Shown piece after piece: positions 48,927 to 59,013 of a DNA stretch of 64,000 nt. The stretch covers positions 594,511-658,510 of the forward strand of contig CAZQXB010000001.1 of the NCBI GenBank assembly GCA_964597575.1. Reading direction: 5' to 3'. Source of the DNA: an uncultured Gammaproteobacteria bacterium (lineage in GTDB: Bacteria > Patescibacteriota > Patescibacteriia > Magasanikbacterales > UBA922). The translations under genes were made by a program, and so were the position numbers. Every line of letters begins with the position of its first letter. The first letter of the stretch is position 1. The notes beneath the pieces are model-generated. The model saw only the letters and a program-made list of their open reading frames with translations. It was not told the origin of the DNA and did not search any database.

Positions 48927-49856
48927 TTAAGCTGATTCTAATACACTTTTCAAAAGAGGTACAATTTGCTTGCGCATAAGTACATTAGCCCTCACTGCTA
49001 CAGATTCTTGAAATGACACTTCCAATACCTGCTCAAGAAGAACTCTCGTTTTTTCATCTGGAGAGACAAAATAATTTTTACTCTCTTCAAGTTCAATCGT
49101 ATTTTGAAATATATAATCAAGTTTTTCCTTCTGCTGAATCTCTTGAAGAATTTGCACAATCTCTTCCCCTCTTTCCTCAATAAGCACCTTTGCACCAATC
49201 ATTTCAATCTGGGCAATTCCCATCTTTTTCTCCCCACAAGTAAATAGGACAAAATCCCCTTCAATTCGTTCTTTTAATTTTCCTCCTGGCATGTCTGACT
49301 TAGCTAGAAACAATTCTTTCCAGAAGTCTTCACCTAACTGGGCAATAGAGTTTAGCCGTGCAAATGCATTTCTATCACGATCCGTAGTTACCGTTGCTTT
49401 AAAATTCAATGTATTTGAAATAATAGCACCACAGATAAGAACGGCTGATTCTCGCGACATTTCAATCTGCTTATCAAAAAATCTCTCCGCAATAAGTGTT
49501 GCGGCCGACCCCACTAACTCTACCTGCACCCGGGCATTCGGAAAGGCATCAGCTCGATGCACTTTTCTGTGATCAATGACCTCAATCACTTTACCTAGTT
49601 CAATATGCCCATGCAGTGCCTGCGGTTCACTGGTATCAACTAAAACCACCTCATCATAGTCACTACTATCACTAACCACACTCGGAAAAGGGATATTGAA
49701 TCGTTTCAAAACATATTCCGCCTCTTCGTGTGGTTGACCCAAAATACCAACCGTTGCGAGTCGTTCAGTTTTCTGTAGAAACTCAGCATATGCAACGATT
49801 CCAGCCACCCCATCAAGATCTGGATTTACGTAACTTGTAATTAAAATGGGTTTCAT
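48927..49856 (-). CDS. DHH-family phosphoesterase (family II pyrophosphatase/NrnA-like)
   Basis: N-terminal NPDLDGVAGIVAYAEF (DHH motif I-II) and VIDHRKVH (motif III-like). Confidence 0.65.
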   Translation of the reverse strand: MKPILITSYVNPDLDGVAGIVAYAEFLQKTERLATVGILGQPHEEAEYVLKRFNIPFPSVVSDSSDYDEVVLVDTSEPQALHGHIELGKVIEVIDHRKVHRADAFPNARVQVELVGSAATLIAERFFDKQIEMSRESAVLICGAIISNTLNFKATVTTDRDRNAFARLNSIAQLGEDFWKELFLAKSDMPGGKLKERIEGDFVLFTCGEKKMGIAQIEMIGAKVLIEERGEEIVQILQEIQQKEKLDYIFQNTIELEESKNYFVSPDEKTRVLLEQVLEVSFQESVAVRANVLMRKQIVPLLKSVLESA

Positions 49857-49863
49857 ATAATGA

Positions 49864-50109
49864 TCATCTCAGAGCACATAGCAATTCCTTCTCTCCCTTG
49901 GTGAGCTGCTTTATGCGATACTCTTCCTTTTGAGCTAAAGAACGCGTACGAAATTTCTTACTATATACTAAACTGACGGGCAGTCGAGAGCGGGTATACC
50001 GAGCCCCTTTATTTCCAAAACTATGCTCCCTGATTCGACGAGGTATATTTGTCGTAATTCCTGTATATAAAGAATTATCAGCACAACGCAGTATATACAA
50101 AAAATACAT
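49864..50109 (-). CDS. GIY-YIG nuclease-family small protein (UPF0213-like)
   Basis: MYFLYILRCADNSLYTGITTNIPRRIREH ... ARYTRSR. Confidence 0.8.
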   Translation of the reverse strand: MYFLYILRCADNSLYTGITTNIPRRIREHSFGNKGARYTRSRLPVSLVYSKKFRTRSLAQKEEYRIKQLTKGEKELLCALR

Positions 50110-50122
50110 AGAGCAAGTATTT

Positions 50123-51094
50123 TTACTCTAAATTTTCAAGGTCTTTTCGAAAAGAAGGAAGTTTTTCTAACTCAAGAATTTTATGAAGAATAATCGCAAC
50201 ACCCTGCTCTGACTGTTCCAGATAGGCGTGCATCCGTTCTGCGCTCTCTTTTTCTTCTGCATCAAAAACCCCTTGTTCACGCATACCCTGTATCTCTTCT
50301 CGCACGCCTTGCATATAAGTTCTCGACTCTTCTTCAACCGCTTTTGCAATTCTCCGAGCATTGGCAATTGCCGCCTTATTAAAGCCTAAACTCTGAATTA
50401 CATTCCGCTCAGCTTCGGCTCCTAACCGAGAAGGTAGACCGTCAACAAATTCTCGCATTGATCCTTCTGATAACCGACCACCCTCGTCTTTGTTTTTCGC
50501 GCCCGTAGGTTCTACCACCGCAAGCTCACCTAAAACTCTTTGCATTTGAGGATCATCTGCATCATAAGCAACCGCAAGGTCTTTCCGAATGGTTGAAAGG
50601 AACTCTGCATCAAGCTCTTGAAGAACTGCGTCTTCCGAACGACCAGATTGGACTTTCAAAAAGAAGACGGTACGGATTCTCGCCACCAACTCTTTCAGAG
50701 ATAGTTCAGCATGTGTTTCTTCGTCAAAATACTCTTCATGGTCTGGGTCGAGTTCTTCTTTTTTCCGGGTATAAAAATCACCGAACTGTTCTTCCAAAAC
50801 AAAAGAGCTATCGTCATCAAAGCCGTAGTGTGCAAATACTGCCTCAAGATTCCTTGTGAGCACTCTGGAGTTTTCATTCGCGATGAACTCACTCGAGCTT
50901 GCATCAAAACTGCCAATATACTCTCGTACCTGAGCTCTCTCATTTTCAGAAAGTTTCCCATTAAAAAATTTCTGAATTCGATCCATGACCTGGTCTTCGA
51001 ATTCTTTATACAACAACTCAACCTGTACTCTTTCTTGCGCCTTTTCCTGCTCTTCAGTTCCAAACCAACCACCTCTCCCAGTCTCTCGTGACAT
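50123..51094 (-). CDS. Hypothetical acidic cytoplasmic protein
   Basis: 323 aa, E/D-rich and helical, with no family match. Confidence 0.45.
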   Translation of the reverse strand: MSRETGRGGWFGTEEQEKAQERVQVELLYKEFEDQVMDRIQKFFNGKLSENERAQVREYIGSFDASSSEFIANENSRVLTRNLEAVFAHYGFDDDSSFVLEEQFGDFYTRKKEELDPDHEEYFDEETHAELSLKELVARIRTVFFLKVQSGRSEDAVLQELDAEFLSTIRKDLAVAYDADDPQMQRVLGELAVVEPTGAKNKDEGGRLSEGSMREFVDGLPSRLGAEAERNVIQSLGFNKAAIANARRIAKAVEEESRTYMQGVREEIQGMREQGVFDAEEKESAERMHAYLEQSEQGVAIILHKILELEKLPSFRKDLENLE

Positions 51095-51192
51095 ATACGA
51101 CAGATGCTATAATTACAAAATACTTTTTAGAAATGTATTAATATAGTCTACCCCACCATCTCCTTTTAGCACAATATCAAATTTGGAGATGC

Positions 51193-51765
51193 TCATACCT
51201 CTAAAAGGTCAAATAATTCTCGTTCACATTTCTTTAAACTCGAATCTTTTCCATGTTTATACTCTTTAAATGCTTGCCAAAATCGTATGGTTTGAGGTTT
51301 CCTCCACGGTTTAAACACAATAGCAATCGGACAAAACTCTTTCCCACTCCATTCTTTTCGACCCCGAAACATATGCTGCGACACTCTTCCCCAATGCTGA
51401 AAGACTTGTAACTCTAGTGTACCCTTCCATTCCCACTGGCTACGTTCCGACCAATTTATAACGACTGCTTGGGAACGAATTTGGGGCAGGATATGCTCTT
51501 CGACATACTCTTTCCAAACAGGAGAATCTGAATAAACAAAAAGTAAATGCTTTCCTTTTGGGTACCACCTTTGCCTTACTAAAAAACCAAGCCTCTTCCC
51601 TTTTATAAAGTGGTAAAAAAGAAAGAAGATAATTACCGGAAAAAGAATGGCAAGAAAGACGAGAAAAAAGATCGTCACGAAGAAATCTTTCATTTTTCTT
51701 TGCAGTGACTGTTCGTGTGGCATAGAGCCTAGCGGGTTTACTTTTTTATTTCGATTATTTTTCAT
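51193..51765 (-). CDS. Hypothetical membrane protein
   Basis: One or two N-terminal TM helices (FFVTIFFLVFLAILFPVIIFFLFY) and a W-rich soluble domain. Confidence 0.45.
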   Translation of the reverse strand: MKNNRNKKVNPLGSMPHEQSLQRKMKDFFVTIFFLVFLAILFPVIIFFLFYHFIKGKRLGFLVRQRWYPKGKHLLFVYSDSPVWKEYVEEHILPQIRSQAVVINWSERSQWEWKGTLELQVFQHWGRVSQHMFRGRKEWSGKEFCPIAIVFKPWRKPQTIRFWQAFKEYKHGKDSSLKKCERELFDLLEV

Positions 51766-52177
51766 CCACGGTAATCTTTTTTAACACTCCTTTTCTTTTG
51801 ACAATATTCTTATAATCCCATTGTATAAGCTCTGCTTTTTTGAGCCAACGCTTGAGATCTTTCTTATTAATTTGTGACACATCAGCATATCGCATTTCTG
51901 CCGCCTTAAAGCTTCCTTCTTTTTGCAAATCTCTTTCTTTGAAAGATTGGCCGCTCCAAAAAAGTAACCGCACATTCCCCTTCAACTTGCTGTAGCCAAC
52001 GATAGGATTACCTTCTAAAAACCATACGGGGTGCGCATGCCATAATTTATTTTCTGACTTCGGCAAACTCCGAGTAATTTCTTCCGAGAGTACATCACAT
52101 ATTTCTTTATCCTCCTTGGAAAGAGCCTCGTTATACGCTTGAATATCTGGGGAAATTTTAGATGCTGTTTTTAGCAT
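51755..52177 (-). CDS. Hypothetical protein (possibly YdeI/DUF1801-like)
   Basis: 140 aa, overlapping the downstream gene by 11 nt. Similarity is weak. Confidence 0.35.
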   Translation of the reverse strand: MLKTASKISPDIQAYNEALSKEDKEICDVLSEEITRSLPKSENKLWHAHPVWFLEGNPIVGYSKLKGNVRLLFWSGQSFKERDLQKEGSFKAAEMRYADVSQINKKDLKRWLKKAELIQWDYKNIVKRKGVLKKITVDEK

Positions 52178-52308
52178 ACCAAAAGCAATTAGTTATGGAA
52201 CTATGAGGTATCATATCCTATTTGATTCAGAAAATATACCAGCTAGCTTATACCGCCTAAAAATGGCTTTATCATGTTTATTTTAGCACCACTTCTATTG
52301 CCTTTTTT

Positions 52309-52614
52309 GTGGCACTTTACCAGGCATTTAAGTTGCTTGGGTATATGGGGCGAAATGAAGTATCTTCACAAGCAGCGGTAAAAACCTTACGAACCATAAA
52401 GTACTGTGCGATAATTCTCGTCGCTTTTATTATAGGGGCTGAAGCCTACCTCGGTATTGTTCAGCGCAAAATTGAGGAAGATATTGCCGGCGGCGTAATG
52501 ATGGGTCTTGTTATGATTTTCGTTTCCGCCGTAGTTGGTACTGCTGCTGCGGTATTTGAAAGAACTTTACAAAACGCGGTGGATATAAAGTCTGAGAATG
52601 AGTTAACGGTTTAA
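52309..52614 (+). CDS. Small two-TM membrane protein
   Basis: GTG start with two hydrophobic helices. It may be DUF2975-like, but that is uncertain. Confidence 0.35.
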   Translation: MALYQAFKLLGYMGRNEVSSQAAVKTLRTIKYCAIILVAFIIGAEAYLGIVQRKIEEDIAGGVMMGLVMIFVSAVVGTAAAVFERTLQNAVDIKSENELTV

Positions 52615-52647
52615 AACTTTTCTTTCCATTCAAATTCAGTCTACAAA

Positions 52648-52685
52648 AAATACATAAGAGCACCGTACGGTGCTCTTATGTATTT
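52648..52685. repeat. Perfect 38-nt palindrome aaatacataagagcaccg-ta-cggtgctcttatgtattt (copy 1 of a repeated palindromic element)
   Basis: Read from the sequence. It shares the core ATAAGAGCACC...GGYGCTCTTAT and the flanks CAAAAA / TTGCGG with the copy at 62406-62443. Confidence 0.75.
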
Positions 52686-52830
52686 GCGGGGAATAAAAGA
52701 AAAAAATCGAATGGAATTCAAGGGATCTTGCCAGTAGAAGGAGGGGTTTGGGGAGGAATTCCGTCCGCTCCTTGGCCGTGGGTAAATGACGATTTTAAGT
52801 TTTTGAATGAGGTTGCAATACCTCATTCCG

Positions 52831-52862
52831 GAGCTCGTTTCAAGGTAGTCTGAAACGAGCTC
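52831..52862 (+). terminator. 12-bp perfect hairpin gagctcgtttca-aggtagtc-tgaaacgagctc followed by TGCTTTGG
   Basis: Read from the sequence. It is preceded by a second hairpin at 52806-52827. Confidence 0.4.
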
Positions 52863-52916
52863 TGCTTTGGCAGCAAATTCTTTTATTAGCAATTCACATT
52901 TTTAATCCAATAAACA

Positions 52917-53465
52917 CTACTTATAAAACAACTCATGGCTGCGAAGCTCCTCCTTAATGTCCAAATAATCAGGAAGAGCTTTTGCCACAAGTGCCCAGAA
53001 TTTTCTAGAATGGTTGAATTCTTTGAGATGGCACATTTCGTGAACGATAATATAATCTTGATATTTTGGTGCCAAAAATATAATTTTGTAGTTCAGATTT
53101 AAATTTTGCTTACCTGAACAGCTCCCCCATCGAGTCTTTTGATTTTTAATAAAAATTTTGTTGTATGAAAAACCGTACACTTTATTATAAAACTCAACTC
53201 TTTTCTCTACGAGAGAAAGGGCTTTATCCTTATTTTCTAAATAATCCTTGTGCGAGAAAGTACGAATAGCCTTACTATCCACGCTTTTGAAAAATTGAAT
53301 TTTATCCCACACCCATTGCTTTTTATCAGCAATAAATTTTTCAATCAGCGACAGCTCTACCCCCAAAGGACTGGTAACAACAACACTTCCATCACAATAC
53401 ACCGCAAGGCGCATTCGTTTCGCCCTTTTGCTTCTCTTTAGTTTGTAAGGAATCTTCTTCTCCAT
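52917..53465 (-). CDS. DUF45/YgjP-family zinc metallohydrolase
   Basis: WGSCS ... YIIVHEMCHLKEFNHS (HExxH). Confidence 0.75.
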   Translation of the reverse strand: MEKKIPYKLKRSKRAKRMRLAVYCDGSVVVTSPLGVELSLIEKFIADKKQWVWDKIQFFKSVDSKAIRTFSHKDYLENKDKALSLVEKRVEFYNKVYGFSYNKIFIKNQKTRWGSCSGKQNLNLNYKIIFLAPKYQDYIIVHEMCHLKEFNHSRKFWALVAKALPDYLDIKEELRSHELFYK

Positions 53466-53469
53466 AGTT

Positions 53470-56382
53470 CTAGAATTTCTTCGTGATGATGTCCACCAGT
53501 CTATTCAAGAATTTTGGAAAGTCTTTAAGTACAAATCGACCTTTATAATCTCTCAAAATCAATTCCTGCAAGGTTTGTTTTATATCCTTCACAAACACAT
53601 CCCGCTTTGAGGATTCCTGCCAACCACTATCGAGATCGTCTTCAATACGAATGCGCAACTCTTTTATAAATTCCTTTATCACATCCTCTTTTCCAGCCTC
53701 AACAAACTCTTGAGAAATGACATAGAGCGCGTATTCCTTTAGATCAAGCCCTAGATCCTTCGCCTCGTCTCCTTTCGTCTTGATATCGCTCATCAATTCC
53801 TCATATCGGCGTATTCGTTCGGCAAGGTCAATTTGATTCTGTTCAAACTCACGACGAATAGCGGTTAGCCGTTCGCTAAACTTCTGATACGCCGGATTTT
53901 CATCAAGATTGATAGAGATTTCCTGCTTGAGCATCTTCTCAAGGTTGAGAGCCTTTTCTTCTTCGTCCATTCCCTTGAGGCGTTCAAGCGTGTACAAATC
54001 ATTCACGCGAAGTTCTCTGAAATTCTTGGTGATTCCTTCGTAGTCGATGATATTGCTCTTTTGAATAAGCTCTTTAACTTTCTCCCCATATTCTTCAAGC
54101 AAATAGCGATCATCTTCGCTTCGGAATTCTTTCAAAAATGCCAGGTAAAAACTCGTCACCCATTCAAACGGACGAATATACTGCTTCAGGAATGGATCAG
54201 GCGAAAGAAACTCAAACAAACTCTTGAGCTTCATATACTTCTCAACAAAGTATTTCTGCTTGTCTTGATTATCGATGAAAATCTTGAGACATCGACGAAG
54301 ATTATCCATTGATGGGTCTTCAATATTCACGCCGGTAAATACCTTCATCACATCATTTAAGACATCAGTAAATCGCGCCTTGACTCGCTCAATATCAATC
54401 ATCGCCGAATCAATGACGTCTTCGTCAAAATCTAGAGCATCATAAAGATTCCTCGTAATGCCATAGTAGTCAATAATCTTTCCGGCTTCTTTGTTTTTAT
54501 ATACCCGATTCGTACGCGCAATAGCCTGCAAGAGGTTGTGGTCGCGAAGCGGCTTGTCGAGGTACATCACTTGCTCAATCGGCGCGTCAAAACCAGTGAG
54601 CAACATATCGCACACCAAAAGGAATTTAAGTGATGACTTTGAATCTTTGAATTTCTCAATGATTTGCTCTCGCTCACGTTTGCTCGTGTTGTACACCTTC
54701 AAATCATCCGCATCACTGTTTGGGTCGCCAGGCGAATACACTACCGCCGACCATTCAGCCGGAACCAATTTATCAAGTAGCTTTTTATACGTTGCCACGG
54801 CTTCACGGTCATATGCCACTATTTGCCCCTTAAAGCCGTTTGGCTCCACATAGAGCTTGTAATGCTCCACAATATCCCTTGCCACGGCTTCCATACGCTT
54901 AGGAAGCTTCACGAGCGCTGCTTTCTTACCATACTTCTTCACCAACTCGGTCTTTTGTTTGTCTGACAAATCTCCAGCAATCTCTTCAAACTGTTGATCA
55001 AGCTTTTCTTCATCAATAGAAAACTTTGAAAGACGCGCTTCGTAGGTAACAGGGATAGTCGCCCCGTCATCAATCGCTTGCTGGATAGAGTAGTAGTCCA
55101 AGTATCGCTTCCCATCACCTTCATAATTTCGGAATGTATTGGTATGCGTCTTATCCACCGGCGTTCCAGTGAATCCGAAGAAAAATGCTTTTTTGAACGC
55201 ATTACGCATGTTAATACCCGACACACCCTCGTCCCCTCGATGCGCCTCGTCAGAAAGCACAATCACATTCTCATCAAGATTTTCCACCTTGTCTCCAAGC
55301 TCAGCAAACTTCTGAATGGTCGTAATGAATATGCCTTTCTCCGGTGATTGAATTTTTTCTTCCAAATCTTTGCGCGAAGTGACACGAACAATATTTTTTC
55401 CACCAGCATTGGTAAATGTTTCAAATATTTGATCGTCCAAATCCACGCGGTCAACCAAAATAAATACCTTAGGGTTTTCCAGTTGTTTATTAAACCGTAG
55501 TTTCCATGCCGTGAAATACATCGTGAGCGTCTTGCCTGACCCTTGTGTGTGCCAAATAAGCCCTTGTCGTTTCTCTTTACTTACAACACGCTCAACAATT
55601 TTATTCGTCGCACGCATTTGCTGATAACGAGCAATTTTCTTCACCAATTTCTCCTTCTCTTTTTCAAATAAAATGAAATTTTGCACGATATCCAAAAAAT
55701 TCTCTTTAGAAAGAAGTGAGAAAAGCGACATCTCCAACTCTCCACCAAGCTCTTTTTCCATGTCTTCGTCGCGCCACTGGAGGAAGTATTGCTTTGGCGC
55801 GCCGGTTGCACCGTACACCGTTTTGAGCCCGTCGCTCGCGATATTGAAGCAGTTGGGAATAAACAACTTGCGAGCTACTTTTTCGTATCGCTTTATCTGG
55901 TCAATACCATTTTCAAAACTCACACCCTCCGAAGCCGTCGGGCTTTTGGCCTCAATATCTACAAGCGGAAGCCCGTTTACGAAAATCATAATATCCTGAC
56001 GTATGTTTTCCGTATCCCCCTCAAAATAGAATTGATTAGTAACAACAAATTGATTGTTTTCTGGATTATCGAAATCTACGATTTTATAATCGCGAAATAA
56101 TCCCGTTGCAGAATCTTTGAGGTTTATACCGTTACGAATTGCGTCAAGAAAAATTTGATTTGAGTCAATTTTATTTACTTCACGCAAAATACTTTTGGCG
56201 ACAGTATCATCAACGCTGTTTATTCTTTTAATAGCATCAAGTAATTGTGGTTTGATAGTATACTCACTCTCCAAATCACGGAGTTTGGCAAATTCCTCTG
56301 GTTTTATGTATTCAAAACCAAGCTTATCTTTAATAAACCTGATGATGTAATTTTCTACTGTAACTTGTTCATTGAATTTCAT
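53470..56382 (-). CDS. hsdR: Type I restriction enzyme R subunit
   Basis: ATG at 56382 (MKFNEQV), an N-terminal nuclease region, helicase motifs (QGSGKTLT, VLSDEAHR) and a C-terminal helical domain. The track ORF starts at an upstream TTG. Confidence 0.9.
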   Translation of the reverse strand: MKFNEQVTVENYIIRFIKDKLGFEYIKPEEFAKLRDLESEYTIKPQLLDAIKRINSVDDTVAKSILREVNKIDSNQIFLDAIRNGINLKDSATGLFRDYKIVDFDNPENNQFVVTNQFYFEGDTENIRQDIMIFVNGLPLVDIEAKSPTASEGVSFENGIDQIKRYEKVARKLFIPNCFNIASDGLKTVYGATGAPKQYFLQWRDEDMEKELGGELEMSLFSLLSKENFLDIVQNFILFEKEKEKLVKKIARYQQMRATNKIVERVVSKEKRQGLIWHTQGSGKTLTMYFTAWKLRFNKQLENPKVFILVDRVDLDDQIFETFTNAGGKNIVRVTSRKDLEEKIQSPEKGIFITTIQKFAELGDKVENLDENVIVLSDEAHRGDEGVSGINMRNAFKKAFFFGFTGTPVDKTHTNTFRNYEGDGKRYLDYYSIQQAIDDGATIPVTYEARLSKFSIDEEKLDQQFEEIAGDLSDKQKTELVKKYGKKAALVKLPKRMEAVARDIVEHYKLYVEPNGFKGQIVAYDREAVATYKKLLDKLVPAEWSAVVYSPGDPNSDADDLKVYNTSKREREQIIEKFKDSKSSLKFLLVCDMLLTGFDAPIEQVMYLDKPLRDHNLLQAIARTNRVYKNKEAGKIIDYYGITRNLYDALDFDEDVIDSAMIDIERVKARFTDVLNDVMKVFTGVNIEDPSMDNLRRCLKIFIDNQDKQKYFVEKYMKLKSLFEFLSPDPFLKQYIRPFEWVTSFYLAFLKEFRSEDDRYLLEEYGEKVKELIQKSNIIDYEGITKNFRELRVNDLYTLERLKGMDEEEKALNLEKMLKQEISINLDENPAYQKFSERLTAIRREFEQNQIDLAERIRRYEELMSDIKTKGDEAKDLGLDLKEYALYVISQEFVEAGKEDVIKEFIKELRIRIEDDLDSGWQESSKRDVFVKDIKQTLQELILRDYKGRFVLKDFPKFLNRLVDIITKKF

Positions 56383-56389
56383 AGTATTA

Positions 56390-57571
56390 CTATGGTTTTT
56401 TGTCCAAGTTCGCCACAAACCCTTCTTTTGATAAAATTTCTACAATCCCTCGCAAAAGATAGTTGTTTGCAAAAGCCACTGTATAAATCCTACCGTTTTC
56501 TTTGAGCGGCATGACCATCTTTTTTTCTTTCAACTTCGAGATAATACGAGACCTTTGCACTGATGAATCCTCATTCAACACCTTCTCCAAATCGCCGGCT
56601 TTTACTTGCATATCTTTTTGAGAGATTATAAATGTCAGAATCTTATATTCTCGATCAGTAATCCATTTATTCTCAAGAGAAAAACTAAAAACTGGTAACA
56701 AAATACTATTGATCAAATAATTTTGATCAAGCAATTTATCTATTTTTTCAATTTCAGCCTTTAGACCCGAGAATACATATTCGCACCATGCGATTGTTTT
56801 TTCTTGTTCTCCAGTATCCGCACCGGCAAGCATATCGTAATATTTTTGCCTATCCATACAAAACATTGCTGTTGGGTTCAAAATCGAACCCGTCTTCACC
56901 TGAAACCCCTGCTTAATGAGCATGGCATAGGTTAGTAACCGCACCAAACGGCCATTTCCATTATCAAACGGGTGAATCCAAGCAAAACGATGGTGTGCCA
57001 GTGCCATAACTAAGAGGTCATTCGCTTTTTCAGTCTTTTGATTTACAAAAGAAAGTAGTTCGTCAAAATAATTTGGTACTTGCAGGTATTCAGGTAAGAC
57101 AACCGAAGACCCTGTAATTTCAGGATTTACATTTCGAAGTTCACCGGGCCGCGCTGAACCTTCTCCTTCTGGTGGTGGAGTAAGATCTTTCGTTATGATT
57201 TTATGCACTTCTGATAAAATAGCCCTACTGATCTCGGTATCTTCTTTAATAGTCTTATGCAAAAATTGCAAAGCATTTTCAATATTATCAATTTCTCTAG
57301 AGCTTTCGTCTGTACGGGTTTTTCCTTGAATTTTTTTCTCCACGAATTCCGCCAGTGTTGTACGATTACCTTCTATTCGTGCCGAACCCAAACTTTCTAG
57401 TATATGAAAAATATCTTTCAATTGAAAAAAGATGTACGGTGGCACACCCACGCTAAAAATCCGTTTAGTGCGTAGTTCTTCAAGCTCAAAAATCAAAGTG
57501 GCAAGACGCGAGTTCCACTCTGGTTTTATAAGCTTAAGCGGTATTTCTTTGAATTCTCGTGTATTTTTCAT
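56390..57571 (-). CDS. Fic/DOC-family protein (AMPylase-like) with C-terminal winged-helix
   Basis: Fic motif HPFDNGNGRLVRLL. Confidence 0.85.
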   Translation of the reverse strand: MKNTREFKEIPLKLIKPEWNSRLATLIFELEELRTKRIFSVGVPPYIFFQLKDIFHILESLGSARIEGNRTTLAEFVEKKIQGKTRTDESSREIDNIENALQFLHKTIKEDTEISRAILSEVHKIITKDLTPPPEGEGSARPGELRNVNPEITGSSVVLPEYLQVPNYFDELLSFVNQKTEKANDLLVMALAHHRFAWIHPFDNGNGRLVRLLTYAMLIKQGFQVKTGSILNPTAMFCMDRQKYYDMLAGADTGEQEKTIAWCEYVFSGLKAEIEKIDKLLDQNYLINSILLPVFSFSLENKWITDREYKILTFIISQKDMQVKAGDLEKVLNEDSSVQRSRIISKLKEKKMVMPLKENGRIYTVAFANNYLLRGIVEILSKEGFVANLDKKP

Positions 57572-57708
57572 AAATTGATGATAGCATTATTTACAACATA
57601 CTACAATACTATTTAACATATACACATACAAAAGCCTTATTTTAAGCTATTTTATTACATATACTCTGTAGTATTATTTAACATTTCTCTAATAATGATT
57701 TAACATAT

Positions 57709-59013
57709 TCATGGGATCATTTTCCCAATCGCAGCAAGATGATCAGTTCTCACTTGTCCGCTTAATAAGTCTTGCATCAGGCCTTTTTTGAGGAGAGTAA
57801 ATTTTTCTTTTAATTTTTTATTGACCAAAATCTTTTCATCGACTGCGGAAAGAATTTCCGCAATTTCTTTTTGTTCATCTTCTGTTGGAATCGGGATATA
57901 TACCTGCTCCAAGCTTCCTATAGGCAACTGGGGCTGAGCTGAGCCGGAGACGATTTCTTTATACTTTCGCTTCAACATATCACTCTTCATTAAATGATAT
58001 AGGAAGACTGCCTCGACGCCGTCAAAAGCTCTTAATAAAACCATGCCTGAATTAATTCTTATATTTTCGAAGGTAACATTTTTATCGTAATAAGCAACGT
58101 TTCCTACGGTACCTCTCGTGGTCAACACAACATCTTCCCTTTGAAGCCTTCCCTTTCTTAACGCTTGATCCTTTTCTCTTGATATGAACTGCAATTCGTT
58201 AAATAAAAACTTATCGTCTTTAATGTTCTTATTATTCAGGAACAGACAATAACCCCCACTTGTGAGATAGGGGTCAATAAAATCATGGCCGTGTGGGTAA
58301 TTAACACCGCGATCACCATCAATTATTTCTATAGGTGCATCTTTTAACTTTAAAACCTCCCACTCTTGAGGAATCTGCCCGATTTTTGTTTCTTTAAATT
58401 TTGTATGCCCAATCCCGCGAGTAAAGAGCTGTTGCATCAGTCCGCGTTTGAGTTTTTCTGTCGTCTCAATCACTTCCTGCGTTTTCGCGATATCCTCATC
58501 CACCACACCTAAAATCTCTGCAATCTTTTGCTGTTCTTTGATTGGAGGAATAAGAACTTCAATTTGAGTTTTTATTACAGATGGTCGCACCTCCTTTATG
58601 GTGCTACCAGAGGAAAGTTTGTGCAGAAGATTTTTCTTACTTAGAAGTAAATAATACAAATAAGTATTAAGAAGGTCATCATTTGGTATAATCCCCGCAA
58701 TTCCTTGCTTTGTAGTAACAGGAACATCCGCAATACCAACTTCGCCAATAGTAGCCCCGAACGACAGGATTACGCTTCCAGTCGGCCACAGTTTTGCAGA
58801 TGATTTTTGGAGACCTTCATCCGTAAGTGTGTCCTTTGTTTGTTTAATATGTGGTTTTATATCATTAACCACAACCCAAGGAATCTTGCCGCCAAAATAT
58901 TCATCTTTTGAACGCAAAGGTGTCCCTCCATCACCAATATCAGCGAGAAAATTGCCCAATTCTCCAAATTTCCATCCATTCGGAATATTCTGTTGCGTTT
59001 TAGTGATTGGCAT
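57709..59013 (-). CDS. hsdS: Type I R-M specificity subunit with two target-recognition domains
   Basis: Two TRD-like halves separated and followed by conserved coiled-coil spacers (LKRGLMQQLF / LKKGLMQDLL). The ATG is at 59013. Confidence 0.85.
   Translation of the reverse strand: MPITKTQQNIPNGWKFGELGNFLADIGDGGTPLRSKDEYFGGKIPWVVVNDIKPHIKQTKDTLTDEGLQKSSAKLWPTGSVILSFGATIGEVGIADVPVTTKQGIAGIIPNDDLLNTYLYYLLLSKKNLLHKLSSGSTIKEVRPSVIKTQIEVLIPPIKEQQKIAEILGVVDEDIAKTQEVIETTEKLKRGLMQQLFTRGIGHTKFKETKIGQIPQEWEVLKLKDAPIEIIDGDRGVNYPHGHDFIDPYLTSGGYCLFLNNKNIKDDKFLFNELQFISREKDQALRKGRLQREDVVLTTRGTVGNVAYYDKNVTFENIRINSGMVLLRAFDGVEAVFLYHLMKSDMLKRKYKEIVSGSAQPQLPIGSLEQVYIPIPTEDEQKEIAEILSAVDEKILVNKKLKEKFTLLKKGLMQDLLSGQVRTDHLAAIGKMIP

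Noticed and set aside
52641-52892. 83-aa minus-strand ORF
   Set aside because: It runs through the 38-nt perfect palindrome and the two hairpins. It has no family resemblance and is probably non-coding.
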